Part shown: in pieces, positions 48,155 to 58,658 of the stretch
How positions within the stretch are numbered: position 1 is the stretch's first letter
How the letters are laid out: each line of letters starts with the position of its first letter
Assembly: GCA_039028615.1 (NCBI GenBank)
Contig: JBCCHT010000001.1
Coordinates: forward strand, 128,001-192,000
Reading direction: 5' to 3'
Length of the DNA: 64,000 nucleotides
DNA from: Myxococcota bacterium
GTDB lineage: Bacteria > Myxococcota_A > Polyangia > Nannocystales > Nannocystaceae
Translations under genes and position numbers: made by a program
The notes under the pieces: generated by a model
The model's database searches: none
Told to the model about the DNA's origin: nothing
The model's input: only the letters and a program-made list of their open reading frames with translations

Positions 48155-49720
48155 ATGAACCTCAGTGTCAGAACCCGGAGATTGGTAACGTTCACATTCG
48201 GAATACTGCCGCTCATTGGCTGCCGCCCGCCGAGCGTGCCCCCAAGCACTCCCGATCTGACCAACTTGACGGACGCCCAAAACTGCCCCGTCGCGAAGAG
48301 CCCCACAGACCCATTTCTAGTAGAATGGAGCGGATCAGACCGCGCAGCACTGGAGTCAAAGTTAAAGAAGGGTGTCGTTCCCGTTCGCTACACAGGCTGC
48401 GAAATGGAGGTCCTGAGAAGTTGCCGCCTCAAAACCCCCGAATCCTATTCCTACACGACCGTTGCCCTAAAGACCGAAACCGAGCAGATTCGAAGCGAGG
48501 ACGAGCTCTATGCAAAGATGCCAATGGGTGCCGCAAAGCTAAAAGCGGAATTCAGCAAAGCCCACGGGCTATCGTTGCAGATGACCATTACCGGACGCTA
48601 CGAGACCAACACGGCATATGACATTAGCGATCTTGCAGAAAACTGTTCCTCTGCAACCCACATCATCACAGCGGTAACGGTCGGCGCGTTCACGCTTGAA
48701 CATCTCGACGAGACAGCAATCGATGGGAAGGCAAGCATCGGCCCCGCAGAAGCAGGGGGACACCATGGCAAGTCAAAACGTTACTTCAAAAGCGGGGGCA
48801 AGCCAGAAACCTGTAACAGCAGCAAGAGCGAAGACGGGCCCCCCATAGATTGTTCAGAGCCCCTGCGCGTCGAGCTTCAACCTCTACAAGGAGCTCAAAA
48901 TCCCCCTGTGCAGGAGGCAAGACGCAAACCGAGGCCTCCCCGGCAAAAACGGTTCGAGAGCAGTTGGGCTCCATTCGCCTCCTTTGATCTTGGCATCGGA
49001 GGCGCCCATGCACCGGTGAGTGACACGCTGGCCCCCCTCGACGACCCGGGGGCCATATCCCACAAGCAAATCCGTGGAGCGGGAGTTCGGCTACGGACAA
49101 GCCTCGCCCCGACGGCACTTCTACTGACCAGCCTAGGCGAGCAGAGCAAGCGATATTCCATCGCCACCGGAATCGCGGGTGAAGCCAGACTCGATGCGCT
49201 ACAAGGAACACATGGGAGCTATGAAGTAGATAGCCTGCTGGAGCTAGCCTTGGGTGCGTCCGCGTGGTTCGGGCTTTCAAACTGGGCGCTCACGGGACGA
49301 TACGAACGATTTCTACGTCGTGGTGGAGCGGCCACATCGGACGCTGACGATTACTCCACGCTTCGATATTTAGTCGATCGGGCGGCCTATGGAGTTCGCT
49401 TTTGTGGCCCTCGTGAGCTCCGCCGATGCGGCGGCGAATATAGTTCGGCCTCTTCTCGGTACTGGGTCGCGGCATCCCTACTTTCTGACAGACCGCTTCT
49501 AGATGGATCTGCTTATCCGAGCTCAGCCAGAGAAAGAGGGGCCATCCTTGGCCTCGAGCTGGCCTCGAAGTGGTACTTTCTCCCCTACCTTGGCGCGGGA
49601 GCTGAGGTCCAGCTCTTTCCCAGATACGCGATTGCCAACCGTGTTGAAGGGCTTCAGGAGCGCTCAACGCTCAGTCTGTTCTTCAGCCTGGTTTTCGCCA
49701 TCGGCCGAAACCTGCCCTAG
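48155..49720 (+). CDS. Lipoprotein with Cys-rich N-terminal domain and amphipathic beta-rich C-terminal domain
   Basis: LPLIGC lipobox; alternating hydrophobic strands in the C-terminal half. Confidence 0.7.
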   Translation: MNLSVRTRRLVTFTFGILPLIGCRPPSVPPSTPDLTNLTDAQNCPVAKSPTDPFLVEWSGSDRAALESKLKKGVVPVRYTGCEMEVLRSCRLKTPESYSYTTVALKTETEQIRSEDELYAKMPMGAAKLKAEFSKAHGLSLQMTITGRYETNTAYDISDLAENCSSATHIITAVTVGAFTLEHLDETAIDGKASIGPAEAGGHHGKSKRYFKSGGKPETCNSSKSEDGPPIDCSEPLRVELQPLQGAQNPPVQEARRKPRPPRQKRFESSWAPFASFDLGIGGAHAPVSDTLAPLDDPGAISHKQIRGAGVRLRTSLAPTALLLTSLGEQSKRYSIATGIAGEARLDALQGTHGSYEVDSLLELALGASAWFGLSNWALTGRYERFLRRGGAATSDADDYSTLRYLVDRAAYGVRFCGPRELRRCGGEYSSASSRYWVAASLLSDRPLLDGSAYPSSARERGAILGLELASKWYFLPYLGAGAEVQLFPRYAIANRVEGLQERSTLSLFFSLVFAIGRNLP

Positions 49721-49970
49721 CGCAACGAGGATGTTCCTACACCGCCAAGTAGTGACCGTCCGAGGGCACTGGCTCCGTGCGCATGGATGCGTGTGGCAGC
49801 TCCTGCGAACTGAAGTTGAGCGTCATTCTGTGCCTTCTTGAACCCTTCCCCATCGCCAGCTTCGACGGGTCGCTCGGCTCTGGGATACCGAGGCCTTCGG
49901 TTCTTCTGCACAGGATGCTGCCTTCCGCTGGAATCTGGCGCCTCCAGGCCTGAGCCGACCAGCTCTCGCA

Positions 49971-51758
49971 TCACCTAGCCGATCGCTGAGACCTACTTCC
50001 GGCAGCCTTCGCTTCCCGAACGTGAAGGAGGACGGAACCATCTCCAAGATGAGCCGCCTCCTTCGCAGCTCTTTCGGCTTCTCGAAAACGCCCCGTTTGA
50101 GCGAGGAGCATGGCTTCGCCGGTCCATCCTGCACGGTGTCGAGGGTTCAGCGTTCTCGAACAGACGAAGGCCTGAAGAGCATCCTCGAGTCGCCCAAGCC
50201 CCAGAAAACAGTAGCCTCGGAACTCAGGATTGGCCGCATCCTTCGGGTCAATCTTCTCCGCGAATACCAGTTCATCCAGTGCGGCAGCGGGGCGTCCGGC
50301 AGAGAGCAGGATTCGCGCTCGAAGCATGTGCGCGTCAACGATGGTTCGGTCCAGCCCGATCGCCACCGACACGGCGTGGTCGGCCTCACCGAGGCGGCCC
50401 TGCCCCTCCAAAGCCTGAGCAAGCTTGATGTGCAACCAGGGCTCCAAGGGGTCTTTCTCAAGCGCTTCTCGTAGGATTCGCTCTGCTAGCTGGAACGCGT
50501 GGTCGTCCAGCGCAAGCGTGGCCAACGCCTCGCGCTCCCTGGCGGTCATTGGCCGGGGCGGCTCCGCAAGTGGATCTGGGACTGAACATCGCGGGTCACG
50601 GGTCAAATCGAGGGCATCGTAGATGGTCGGATTCTCTTTGAGCCGGAACTGCACGAGCTTCCATGCCACCACGTCGCGATCAGACCAGGACTTTGGCAGC
50701 TCTGCGCCCAAGATCGCGCGGACATCCTCCGCGCCAGCCGTCCCGGCCAGAAAACCACTCCACCGCACGATGGCATTGGTCCAGTTCCCCGACAGGCAGC
50801 ACAGATCATCTTCAAACCCATCGTCTTTCGCGAACCGCCCCATTCCCCCAACACCATGTCCGATGGGAGGGTGCCGTGGTCCACGCAGCATACCCCACAG
50901 CCGATTCTCTTCGATTTCAACCGCAGAGCCATCCTGCGCAGCAGCGAAGCCAATCGCGTGGCTCACCGTCCACTCGATGAAGCATCTGGCCAGCTCCAAG
51001 CGGTGAGCCTCGGGCAGTCCCACGCGACTTAGCCACCTCCATAGCTCCACGAGGGCAACGACCGCCCGAAACTCGAGCTCGAGCCGCATTCGGTCGGCCG
51101 CATTCTGGCCGACATGCTGGGCCAGCGCCTCAAGACTCTCGCTTTGCGGGAGCCCACCACGCTCCCAAGCCTCGTATGAGCTCGGACCAAAGACCTCCGT
51201 GTGGAGTTCTGCGCGTCGCCGCCCCCGGACATGCAGGTGATGCCGTAGGAATTTCACGAACGCGGTCCCGTCGACCAGCGATTGTGGGCCTACCGCGCGA
51301 AGCGTCCCCGGTAGTTCCTGATGCCACGGTAGATAATGAAGACCGATCCGAACTCCGAGGTCTTGGAGCGCCAACCGTAGCATCGGCAGACAGACAAGGA
51401 GCGGATCTGCCCCTTGGTCCGTGACCCCATAAGACTCGAAGTAGTTCTGACATCGATCCCATTCAATGCAGTACTCGCCAAGCCCTCGAGCCACCAGCTC
51501 GACCAGGCCCTCTCGCCCGACCGGATCATCGTCCTCCAGCGGCCGAGGAAAACCGACCTCCACCAGATCGGAAGCGAGCGCGAAGACATACGCCGTTCGC
51601 GTGTCGGGTTTCACGCGCTTGCCCTGCTCGAAGGTCTTTCGGGTCGTTGCCCCCAGAGTTCGGTCCATACGCCCACGGAGCCTCATCGCTTTGACGATGG
51701 CGCCGAGGACCTGCTGCGCGGTGGGGCGGGAATCGAATGTGGTTTTGTTCTTGCTCAT
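49971..51758 (-). CDS. TPR protein with degenerate HTH-like segments
   Basis: About four C-terminal TPRs (ALEKDP...LAQAL..QGRLGEA); SYEAWERGGLPQSESLEALA resembles an XRE helix. Confidence 0.75.
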   Translation of the reverse strand: MSKNKTTFDSRPTAQQVLGAIVKAMRLRGRMDRTLGATTRKTFEQGKRVKPDTRTAYVFALASDLVEVGFPRPLEDDDPVGREGLVELVARGLGEYCIEWDRCQNYFESYGVTDQGADPLLVCLPMLRLALQDLGVRIGLHYLPWHQELPGTLRAVGPQSLVDGTAFVKFLRHHLHVRGRRRAELHTEVFGPSSYEAWERGGLPQSESLEALAQHVGQNAADRMRLELEFRAVVALVELWRWLSRVGLPEAHRLELARCFIEWTVSHAIGFAAAQDGSAVEIEENRLWGMLRGPRHPPIGHGVGGMGRFAKDDGFEDDLCCLSGNWTNAIVRWSGFLAGTAGAEDVRAILGAELPKSWSDRDVVAWKLVQFRLKENPTIYDALDLTRDPRCSVPDPLAEPPRPMTAREREALATLALDDHAFQLAERILREALEKDPLEPWLHIKLAQALEGQGRLGEADHAVSVAIGLDRTIVDAHMLRARILLSAGRPAAALDELVFAEKIDPKDAANPEFRGYCFLGLGRLEDALQAFVCSRTLNPRHRAGWTGEAMLLAQTGRFREAERAAKEAAHLGDGSVLLHVREAKAAGSRSQRSAR

Positions 51759-52417
51759 GGTCCCATCGTGAATTCGCAGCGAGGCCTCCAGTACCCCGGA
51801 AACCGGTCAAATAGTCCTAGCCAGCACCTTCAATCCCAAAATCTTCATCCCCGCCGGCCAAATCCTCCACAGCGCTTGGTCGCCCGCGGGCCCAACGCTC
51901 GGTGACGGGTTCCGCGACAACCTTCGTAGCGAGGGTTCCTGGCTCCATAAAGGGCTAGAGCTGCAAAACGGGTTAGAAGAGCGAGCGGCACGGATGCCCG
52001 CGCCCACCCCCCGACGGAACAAGCCACGGGTGGGGTGGGCGCGGCCCTCCGGGCACGGCCGCTCGCATCGGGTTCAGATGGGTTCTGCATTCCGGCTCGT
52101 GCTCGCCGAAATCACGAACCCACAACTCTTCCCAAAGACCCACAAGCGGCGGTTCACCGAACAGCCGAATCCGAGCTTTGCGACCAGAAACGGCAGCACA
52201 GCTCCCAGAAGCATCGCAGGATAAATCCGAACCTGCGGTGCGGCATCCAAATCGGGACAGACCCTCCGAACAGGCCCGCGAGCCGACATTCTCATTCGCT
52301 TTTGCCCAAAGCGCAGACAAAACCACATCTTCACACACTCAAGTACATCCAGGCCACTACTAGAATAAAAAAACGAAGAGCGTTACATTCCGGCAGACAA
52401 GCAGGCGGAAGCTACGC

Positions 52418-54076
52418 ATGGGGTTCCACGTTTCCAAGTTTGACGCTTTCTACGAGTCATGCCGCATCCCCAACCCAGAGAATGACACCTCATTCCCCAA
52501 CGTTTTCATCCTGGGATGTCTTGAGCAACGAGTATCGTTCCTGGCTCAACAAACCCGCGCAATCAACCTAATATTAGCATTACAGCACCGCAAAACACTC
52601 AGCCCTGACAAGAGGCTCTGTATAGTTGGAGGCGGGGTAGCCGGCACGACCGCTGCCGTATACGCATCGCATGAAGGCATAAAATCAACAGTATTTGAAA
52701 AAACGGCTATGCCATTCTCTCTTCAGGCCGGATCAAGACGTTGGCTCCACCCCAACATAAACGATTGGCCTCGCCCTGGATGGGAACAAAAAAGAACAAA
52801 CCTGCCTGTAATGAACTGGGAGGCAGACGAAGCAACGAAAGTAATTGCAACACTCAGATCAGAATGGCAAAAAGCGCTCAACACATCCTCAATAGCCTTT
52901 CACCACAGCGCGTCGCCGACTCTAGAAAAAACGGCTAACGCATGGCTACTAAAGTGGAACGGCAAACAAGAAGAAGCAGACATCGTCATCCTGGCAGTAG
53001 GATTCGGCGAAGAACGAACCGCCAATGGCATAAGCGGAACCTATTGGCATGACTCAAACGACCACCAGGCTCTAACAAACGGAGGCAGTGTACTCATATC
53101 GGGCTCCGGCGACGGCGGACTAACCGATACACTAAGGATAGCACTCAGAGATTTTAGCCACTCTTGGCTAGGCGAACTCGCAGAAACCAAGTCACTAGGA
53201 AACCTAGCCGAAGCTGTATCAAAAATCGAGAACAATCTTGAAGACTACGCAACACCGGTTCAGCTAACACAATCGTACCTAAATCTGCCTTTCCCACAAG
53301 ATTTACTCGACAAGCTACAAGCTCGAAGAAAGACGAACCTCAGGACCTTTCTAAACGCGCAAGGGAAAGCGCCATTTCGGCGCTCCAGCGCCCCCATCCA
53401 CCGAGTACTTATAGCCGCACTCATTAAACTAAAGATAGTCGAGTACATCCCTGGCGAACTAGACAACGAAAGCATCACCAGCCGCGAAGAAGGAGGCTTC
53501 GACGTCACCGTAACAGAAGGCAACAAGTCGACGAAAAAACACTACGACCGGATACTACTTCGCCACGGAACGAACTCCGCACTCAAGGCATCATTTCCAC
53601 AAATCGCAGAAATTGTAAAATCAACTCGAAGCCACAACCAACTACGGCCAGCACTTTCACACCTCACTCGAGCCCCACTTTGGCTCGAGTCGAAGGACCC
53701 CGGTGTCGCCCCCCCTCAAACCGCAGCACCGAGTACAGCGCAGAAACAGCGAGTTGCCAAAACAACACGGTCTCTACAAGAACACGTCCGCAAAAATCTT
53801 ACAAAAATAGGGAAAACAACATGCGCCGAAGACATACACACAGGCGTCATCAAGTTCGACATCGAGTATGGTGCCCCCAACGACATCCGCCGAGCAACTC
53901 TTGCGTTTCATATCTCACCGACGAAAACAGGCACTTGCATCCAGATGAGGATCCTAGCACCCAAGAAGTTCAAACGAACACAAACACTCGCCAGCGATTG
54001 GCAGTCCTTAGACGCCCACTCAATCGAAAAATCGATACAACAGGCCTTTAACGACCTTGATGGAGCGAACCGATGA
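52418..54076 (+). CDS. FAD/NAD(P)-binding oxidoreductase-like protein with extra C-terminal domain
   Basis: LCIVGGGVAG...VFEK Rossmann fold, ILAVGFG, second ISGSGDGG dinucleotide motif. Confidence 0.8.
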   Translation: MGFHVSKFDAFYESCRIPNPENDTSFPNVFILGCLEQRVSFLAQQTRAINLILALQHRKTLSPDKRLCIVGGGVAGTTAAVYASHEGIKSTVFEKTAMPFSLQAGSRRWLHPNINDWPRPGWEQKRTNLPVMNWEADEATKVIATLRSEWQKALNTSSIAFHHSASPTLEKTANAWLLKWNGKQEEADIVILAVGFGEERTANGISGTYWHDSNDHQALTNGGSVLISGSGDGGLTDTLRIALRDFSHSWLGELAETKSLGNLAEAVSKIENNLEDYATPVQLTQSYLNLPFPQDLLDKLQARRKTNLRTFLNAQGKAPFRRSSAPIHRVLIAALIKLKIVEYIPGELDNESITSREEGGFDVTVTEGNKSTKKHYDRILLRHGTNSALKASFPQIAEIVKSTRSHNQLRPALSHLTRAPLWLESKDPGVAPPQTAAPSTAQKQRVAKTTRSLQEHVRKNLTKIGKTTCAEDIHTGVIKFDIEYGAPNDIRRATLAFHISPTKTGTCIQMRILAPKKFKRTQTLASDWQSLDAHSIEKSIQQAFNDLDGANR

Positions 54077-55227
54077 GCACCTGGTGGGTTGCAGAAGATG
54101 ATCTCGACGAAGATCAACTGAGGGTCATTACACTGGAGGTTGACGGTCGCTACCTAGTATCCGGCCCACCAGGATCAGGAAAAACGAACCTACTTCTGCT
54201 ACGGGCAAGCTACCTGGAAAAGAAGCAGCACAGCGACTACCAAATTCTCGGTTTCACAAGAAGTCTCGGATGGTTCCTCCGGTCCGCGCCACCAAAGTAT
54301 GAGATCCCTCCTGATCGCGTGGATACGGCGATGGGGTGGATGATGAAGAAACTCAAAGAGCTAGGAGGAACTCTTAACGGATTACCTACTGACTTCACAG
54401 ATAAGCGAAACGAGCTCGCAGAGAGAATACTTAACCGTCTCCAGGATCTAAAGCAATCGACTCTCCACAAAACTATTCTTCTTGACGAAGCTCAAGATTT
54501 CACACCAAAGGAGATGGAGCTATTCTTCCATGCGGCGAACAATCTATTCATAGTAGGCGACAAACGCCAGCTAATATACGGAGGCGAGGCAACCCTGGGC
54601 ACGGCCGAAAAACTAGTACAGAACGAGAACATATACAAACTAAGATATCACTATAGAAACTCTCCAGATATCTGCAAAATGGCGGACCGCTTCGCAAAAG
54701 AAGAAGACGGACACGCCCCAATGCATCCGACATGCAACTACAAATCGGATTTCGACGGACGCGTATCGCAGCATTCAATGAACAAGCAAGAACAGTTCAG
54801 AACGGTGCTCAACAGGCTTGAGACCCAGTTACTAGCATATCCCAAAGAGCCCCTGGGCGTAATTTCGCCAACACTCGCCATACATAAAGAATTTTGGAGC
54901 TATTTGCACCATAACGCCGACTTGCTCGCCAAAGCGAACAATCTGGGGGACAGCGACCAAATCTGGAGCCCAAACCGGCGGATCACCGTAGCGCCCATCT
55001 ACCAGGCCAAAGGCCTGGAGTTCCGTGCGGTTCACCTCCCTTGTCTTGACAAGTATAAAGGAATGCCTCACCCACGAGCGAAAGCATACACAGCTATCAC
55101 ACGTGCAAAGTCAGCTCTCGACATCTACTACGAGAATCCGCTGCCCGGCTGGATACAGGATGCGTTGCGGGACCCAACAGACATTCAGGATGAACCGACG
55201 ATCGCGTCCCTTTTCGGAGACTCATAA
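54073..55227 (+). CDS. Compact superfamily 1 (UvrD-like) helicase/ATPase
   Basis: LDEDQ, GPPGSGKT, DEAQD, GDKRQLIY, HYRN, AKGLEF and YTAITRAK (motifs Q and I-VI). Confidence 0.9.
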   Translation: MSTWWVAEDDLDEDQLRVITLEVDGRYLVSGPPGSGKTNLLLLRASYLEKKQHSDYQILGFTRSLGWFLRSAPPKYEIPPDRVDTAMGWMMKKLKELGGTLNGLPTDFTDKRNELAERILNRLQDLKQSTLHKTILLDEAQDFTPKEMELFFHAANNLFIVGDKRQLIYGGEATLGTAEKLVQNENIYKLRYHYRNSPDICKMADRFAKEEDGHAPMHPTCNYKSDFDGRVSQHSMNKQEQFRTVLNRLETQLLAYPKEPLGVISPTLAIHKEFWSYLHHNADLLAKANNLGDSDQIWSPNRRITVAPIYQAKGLEFRAVHLPCLDKYKGMPHPRAKAYTAITRAKSALDIYYENPLPGWIQDALRDPTDIQDEPTIASLFGDS

Positions 55228-56507
55228 TGCCGACCGTAAAAGGTAATGCTCTGAAGGAACATCTACGTATGGTTGCCGCGGGGAAGCGATTGCCTGGGAC
55301 TCGCAAAGTCGAACGACCGCCACTGCGGTGGAAGGAGGTAACTTTTGTGTGGCGGGAAGAGGCAGAGGGCCTACCGAGCGCGATCTATTTTCCTGACGAG
55401 GACACTCGCGAAGATTGGATCGCATGGGCCACCACCTATATCCCGTCGCTATCGCCTCTATCAGCTTTGTGTCGGCTTGTCGCCAAGCCTGATCTGATTG
55501 GAAAGTCGCGTGCAACACCGAGCCCAAGACTGCGCATGGCAGGTGTCGCCCTGATCCTTGCGGAGGCTCAGGCAGCATCTGAGGACATACTGACAATCCG
55601 ACGCTGCGGCATGACATATTCCTTCGCAGCAGCCAGGGCGCTCCAGCTGGGGGTTTCCCGTCAGGAATTCGATCGCTTAGGAATGCGAATTCTACGAGCG
55701 ACAAAGGCAACTTCGCAGCTAAACTCGACCGACATAGCCCAGGAGCTCTTCACAGAGTTTCGGCAGCCCACAATGCTCCAGGACGTCTGGACAGCACTGT
55801 CGGAGCTAGTACCTGGAGAGCACTGTTCACACCCAACGAGCGCAGCCCTGGCAGAGCTATATGACAGAGGGACGATACCCACATCCCTACTAAAAGACCT
55901 GGCCCCGACATTCCCGCACGAAGTAATATCAGACATCGGCAGTCTTAGCACAGAGGAGCAGGTGGAGTTTTTCCTAGCACTTGCAACAGGCCGAGCCTCC
56001 GACGCGCGCGGACACGCAGCCATACTCGGATACACCCTCTCCATCATCTCCAAGGGTACACTAACGCACCATGCCCTCGCAATGCGGGCAGGAGTGTTGC
56101 CCTGGTATGCCGCTTTCGCCAGCCTACACGAGGGCTCAAGACCAACAGGAATCGGAGATCCAGCCCTCATCCCCAGGATACTCAGAGAACTACAGCGAGA
56201 TTTCGACATCCTGGAGTCTCCTCGATGCGACATAGCGTTCGATGAGCTCATACTAACGTCCCATCGCAGGGACAGTCGCGGAGCAACGACCGGCCTCACA
56301 TCCTGGCTCGTTGAGCTGCACCCAGGCGTCGAAATGACCGTCTCTATTACTTCACAATCGAAAGATGCGCACCTTGGTCCCTCAGCTCCAGTTCGGGACG
56401 AAGAGCCGAACAGGAGAGACCACCTAGGTCGCCTAATGTATCACCTTGAACAGGCACGACGAGCAGGCATAGAACTGGACAGATCAAGAAGGCGGTACCG
56501 TCGATAG
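55227..56507 (+). CDS. Hypothetical protein coupled to the helicase
   Basis: 426-aa ORF with TAATG stop/start overlap; no recognisable motif. Confidence 0.7.
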   Translation: MPTVKGNALKEHLRMVAAGKRLPGTRKVERPPLRWKEVTFVWREEAEGLPSAIYFPDEDTREDWIAWATTYIPSLSPLSALCRLVAKPDLIGKSRATPSPRLRMAGVALILAEAQAASEDILTIRRCGMTYSFAAARALQLGVSRQEFDRLGMRILRATKATSQLNSTDIAQELFTEFRQPTMLQDVWTALSELVPGEHCSHPTSAALAELYDRGTIPTSLLKDLAPTFPHEVISDIGSLSTEEQVEFFLALATGRASDARGHAAILGYTLSIISKGTLTHHALAMRAGVLPWYAAFASLHEGSRPTGIGDPALIPRILRELQRDFDILESPRCDIAFDELILTSHRRDSRGATTGLTSWLVELHPGVEMTVSITSQSKDAHLGPSAPVRDEEPNRRDHLGRLMYHLEQARRAGIELDRSRRRYRR

Positions 56508-56964
56508 TCACAAAGTGATGATCGAAACGAACATCACGGACACGTCCAGGTAGTCAAAAGACCGTTTACTTTCTGTCAGCCGATGGACGCTAAACAAATA
56601 GACTATCCTTGAGCAAGGATAGAGATGGGCGCATCGCCGAAGTATCGCCTTCGGCGCTTGATGCAAATATCGAAGAATTGAGAAGAAATGGCATGCTTCG
56701 TCCTAGAGTGCTCGAAAAGAGGGACGTCGCCGATAGAAAAATTGTTTAACTGGGCGCCGAAGCCGAATCGCCAAAGCGCGTCAGCAGCCCCAGACAACCA
56801 GAATCGGAGACATCCGACTTCCGATAGCGTGGGGCCACCGGACCCCAACTCTTTTCTGCTCTCGCCACGCTAAATGAAACACGCTAGAATAGCGTCATAG
56901 TCAAGACGTTATCATCACAATTCTACAGCCACAACACCACCGGCACGTCGTACTCCACACTGCA

Positions 56965-57423
56965 GTGGCCTCACGAGTTAAGACCACGCTTTTGCCCAAG
57001 AAAGCCCTCACACCGCTCATCGAGGAGTTCGAGGTTCCAGATGAGTGGGTTTGCGCTCATGCCTTCCCAGCCGGCAACGCCGTATCGTCACCCCTTCTCA
57101 CCATCAGCAACTCTCAGCTCGAACACCTTCCAGAGGAACAAGCATTCAACATGTTGTTGTTCGGCCACCTCGAGGACCTGGATTCGCATCCCCTGCTGGT
57201 GACGCAGATTGTCTCACAGCTGCATCGCCTTGGAATCGGCGTTGTATCCCTGGAAGAGGGCATCGATACCTCCACCCGATCCGGACATGAGACGTTTATT
57301 GAGACCTACAAACGAAGAGGAAAGATCGACTATCTTGCCATGATGCCGGCGGTTTGGCCCCTCTTCTTCGACTACGCTCACCCTCCGGCAACAAGCCCCC
57401 ATTGCATCCACTGCCGCGACTGA
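56965..57423 (+). pseudogene. Degenerate serine resolvase-like fragment
   Basis: QIVSQLHRLGIGVVSLEEGIDTSTRSG matches the resolvase core, but the YxRVS and DRLxR catalytic motifs are not evident. Confidence 0.5.
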
Positions 57424-57467
57424 AAGAGCCTGCCTCGGGATTAGGTTCTCCCAGGACAGGCTCTTTT
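57423..57467 (+). terminator. Terminator-like hairpin
   Basis: AAAGAGCCTG...CAGGCTCTTTT immediately after the stop codon. Confidence 0.55.
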
Positions 57468-57680
57468 GGCAACGCCACGGAAATGACGATGCCTCTCGCC
57501 TCCATGGCGCTTCAGTGACACTGCCCACCGCGCTTCGGCCTCTATCGGGGAGGGTGGCAAGCCCTGTGGTTCCCAGATCTCAGCACTGGCGGTGTGCCAC
57601 GACACGTCACCTGGCTCTTTTCTGAAAGCCACACAAGCGGCAGAGACGAACTCCTATTATACCAAAGTAGGCCCATTTTC

Positions 57681-58565
57681 TCAATCAACAATGGCTCGCA
57701 CCTGGCCCTGAGGTAATGCCCATACGGGATCGAGGAGCATCGAGCTGTCCTTCTTGAGCTCGTCGATTCGTGCGAAATAGCAGAGCGTTCGGAAGCTGTT
57801 GGCCGCGAGCCTCAGATGTTCCAGGTGCTCGGGGCCTCGGATGGATACGACCAGCACCCGGAACCCGGGCGGCATAGGGCACTGCTCTGCCCCGACCAAT
57901 CGCTTTAGCTCCGAGCACTGATCAAGGGACTTGACGAGCGCCTTGTATCGCCAAAGCTTGGCGACGAAGGACCGGCTGATCGAGGCGGGGATCCCAGGAC
58001 GAATGACCCCGCCCCGGTTCATCAGCTCCAGAAACAGAAGCTGCGGCGTTCCCTCAAGCTCGAGCAGGACCGTGGCGTCAGGGACCACAAGTCTGTTCTC
58101 CAGGCCGTAGCGGCTTGCATCGACCCTCATGGCAAGCTCCCGGTCCCCAAGGGTCCGAAGCAGCCTGGCGCGCCCCTGGCTTCGAGCACAGTCTCGGTGC
58201 AAGAGAGACAGGAACTCAGACACGCCCAGTGCATGGTCCATCTGCGCGAGCCCCAGCGGCCGAGTCACGCTGGCTCGTCGAGGCAGATCCGATACCTCGG
58301 GAGCGACCCGCCCCGCGCGCCTTGAGAGAAAATAAAGGCGCTCGCACTCCCCAGGTCCAATTCGCGGGATTTCCTGCCGCCGAAGCAAACCCCGTCGAAC
58401 CAAGGACAGGAGCTCGCTGCGAGCAACCGAGAGACTTCCAAGCGGGCGTTCGAAGCCCTCGGATGCCTGCATGACCTGACGCGCCGTCATGTGCGAGGAA
58501 AGCAACAAGCCAATGATTTCAACAGTACGTCTATTTAGAATGATTGAGCGATTAGCAAACACCAA
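57681..58565 (-). CDS. Second replication-relaxation family protein
   Basis: Winged-helix N-terminus, DHALGVSEF, VVPDA, LFLELMN and KLWRY; start is uncertain. Confidence 0.7.
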   Translation of the reverse strand: MVFANRSIILNRRTVEIIGLLLSSHMTARQVMQASEGFERPLGSLSVARSELLSLVRRGLLRRQEIPRIGPGECERLYFLSRRAGRVAPEVSDLPRRASVTRPLGLAQMDHALGVSEFLSLLHRDCARSQGRARLLRTLGDRELAMRVDASRYGLENRLVVPDATVLLELEGTPQLLFLELMNRGGVIRPGIPASISRSFVAKLWRYKALVKSLDQCSELKRLVGAEQCPMPPGFRVLVVSIRGPEHLEHLRLAANSFRTLCYFARIDELKKDSSMLLDPVWALPQGQVRAIVD

Positions 58566-58572
58566 GTATAAT
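58544..58572 (+). promoter_or_regulatory. Near-consensus sigma70 promoter upstream of ardA
   Basis: TTGAGC (58544)-N17-TATAAT (58567). Confidence 0.65.
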
Positions 58573-58658
58573 GCAAATTACATTTTTTATCAACACCTCC
58601 TCCTGTGCAGACGAGCCAAGAGCTCGCCTTCACCGGAGGGGGACTTGACCCCAACATC

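Noticed and set aside
52418..55227. Gabija system
   Set aside because: The helicase is GajB-sized, but its partner is a Rossmann flavoprotein, not an ABC-ATPase/Toprim OLD nuclease
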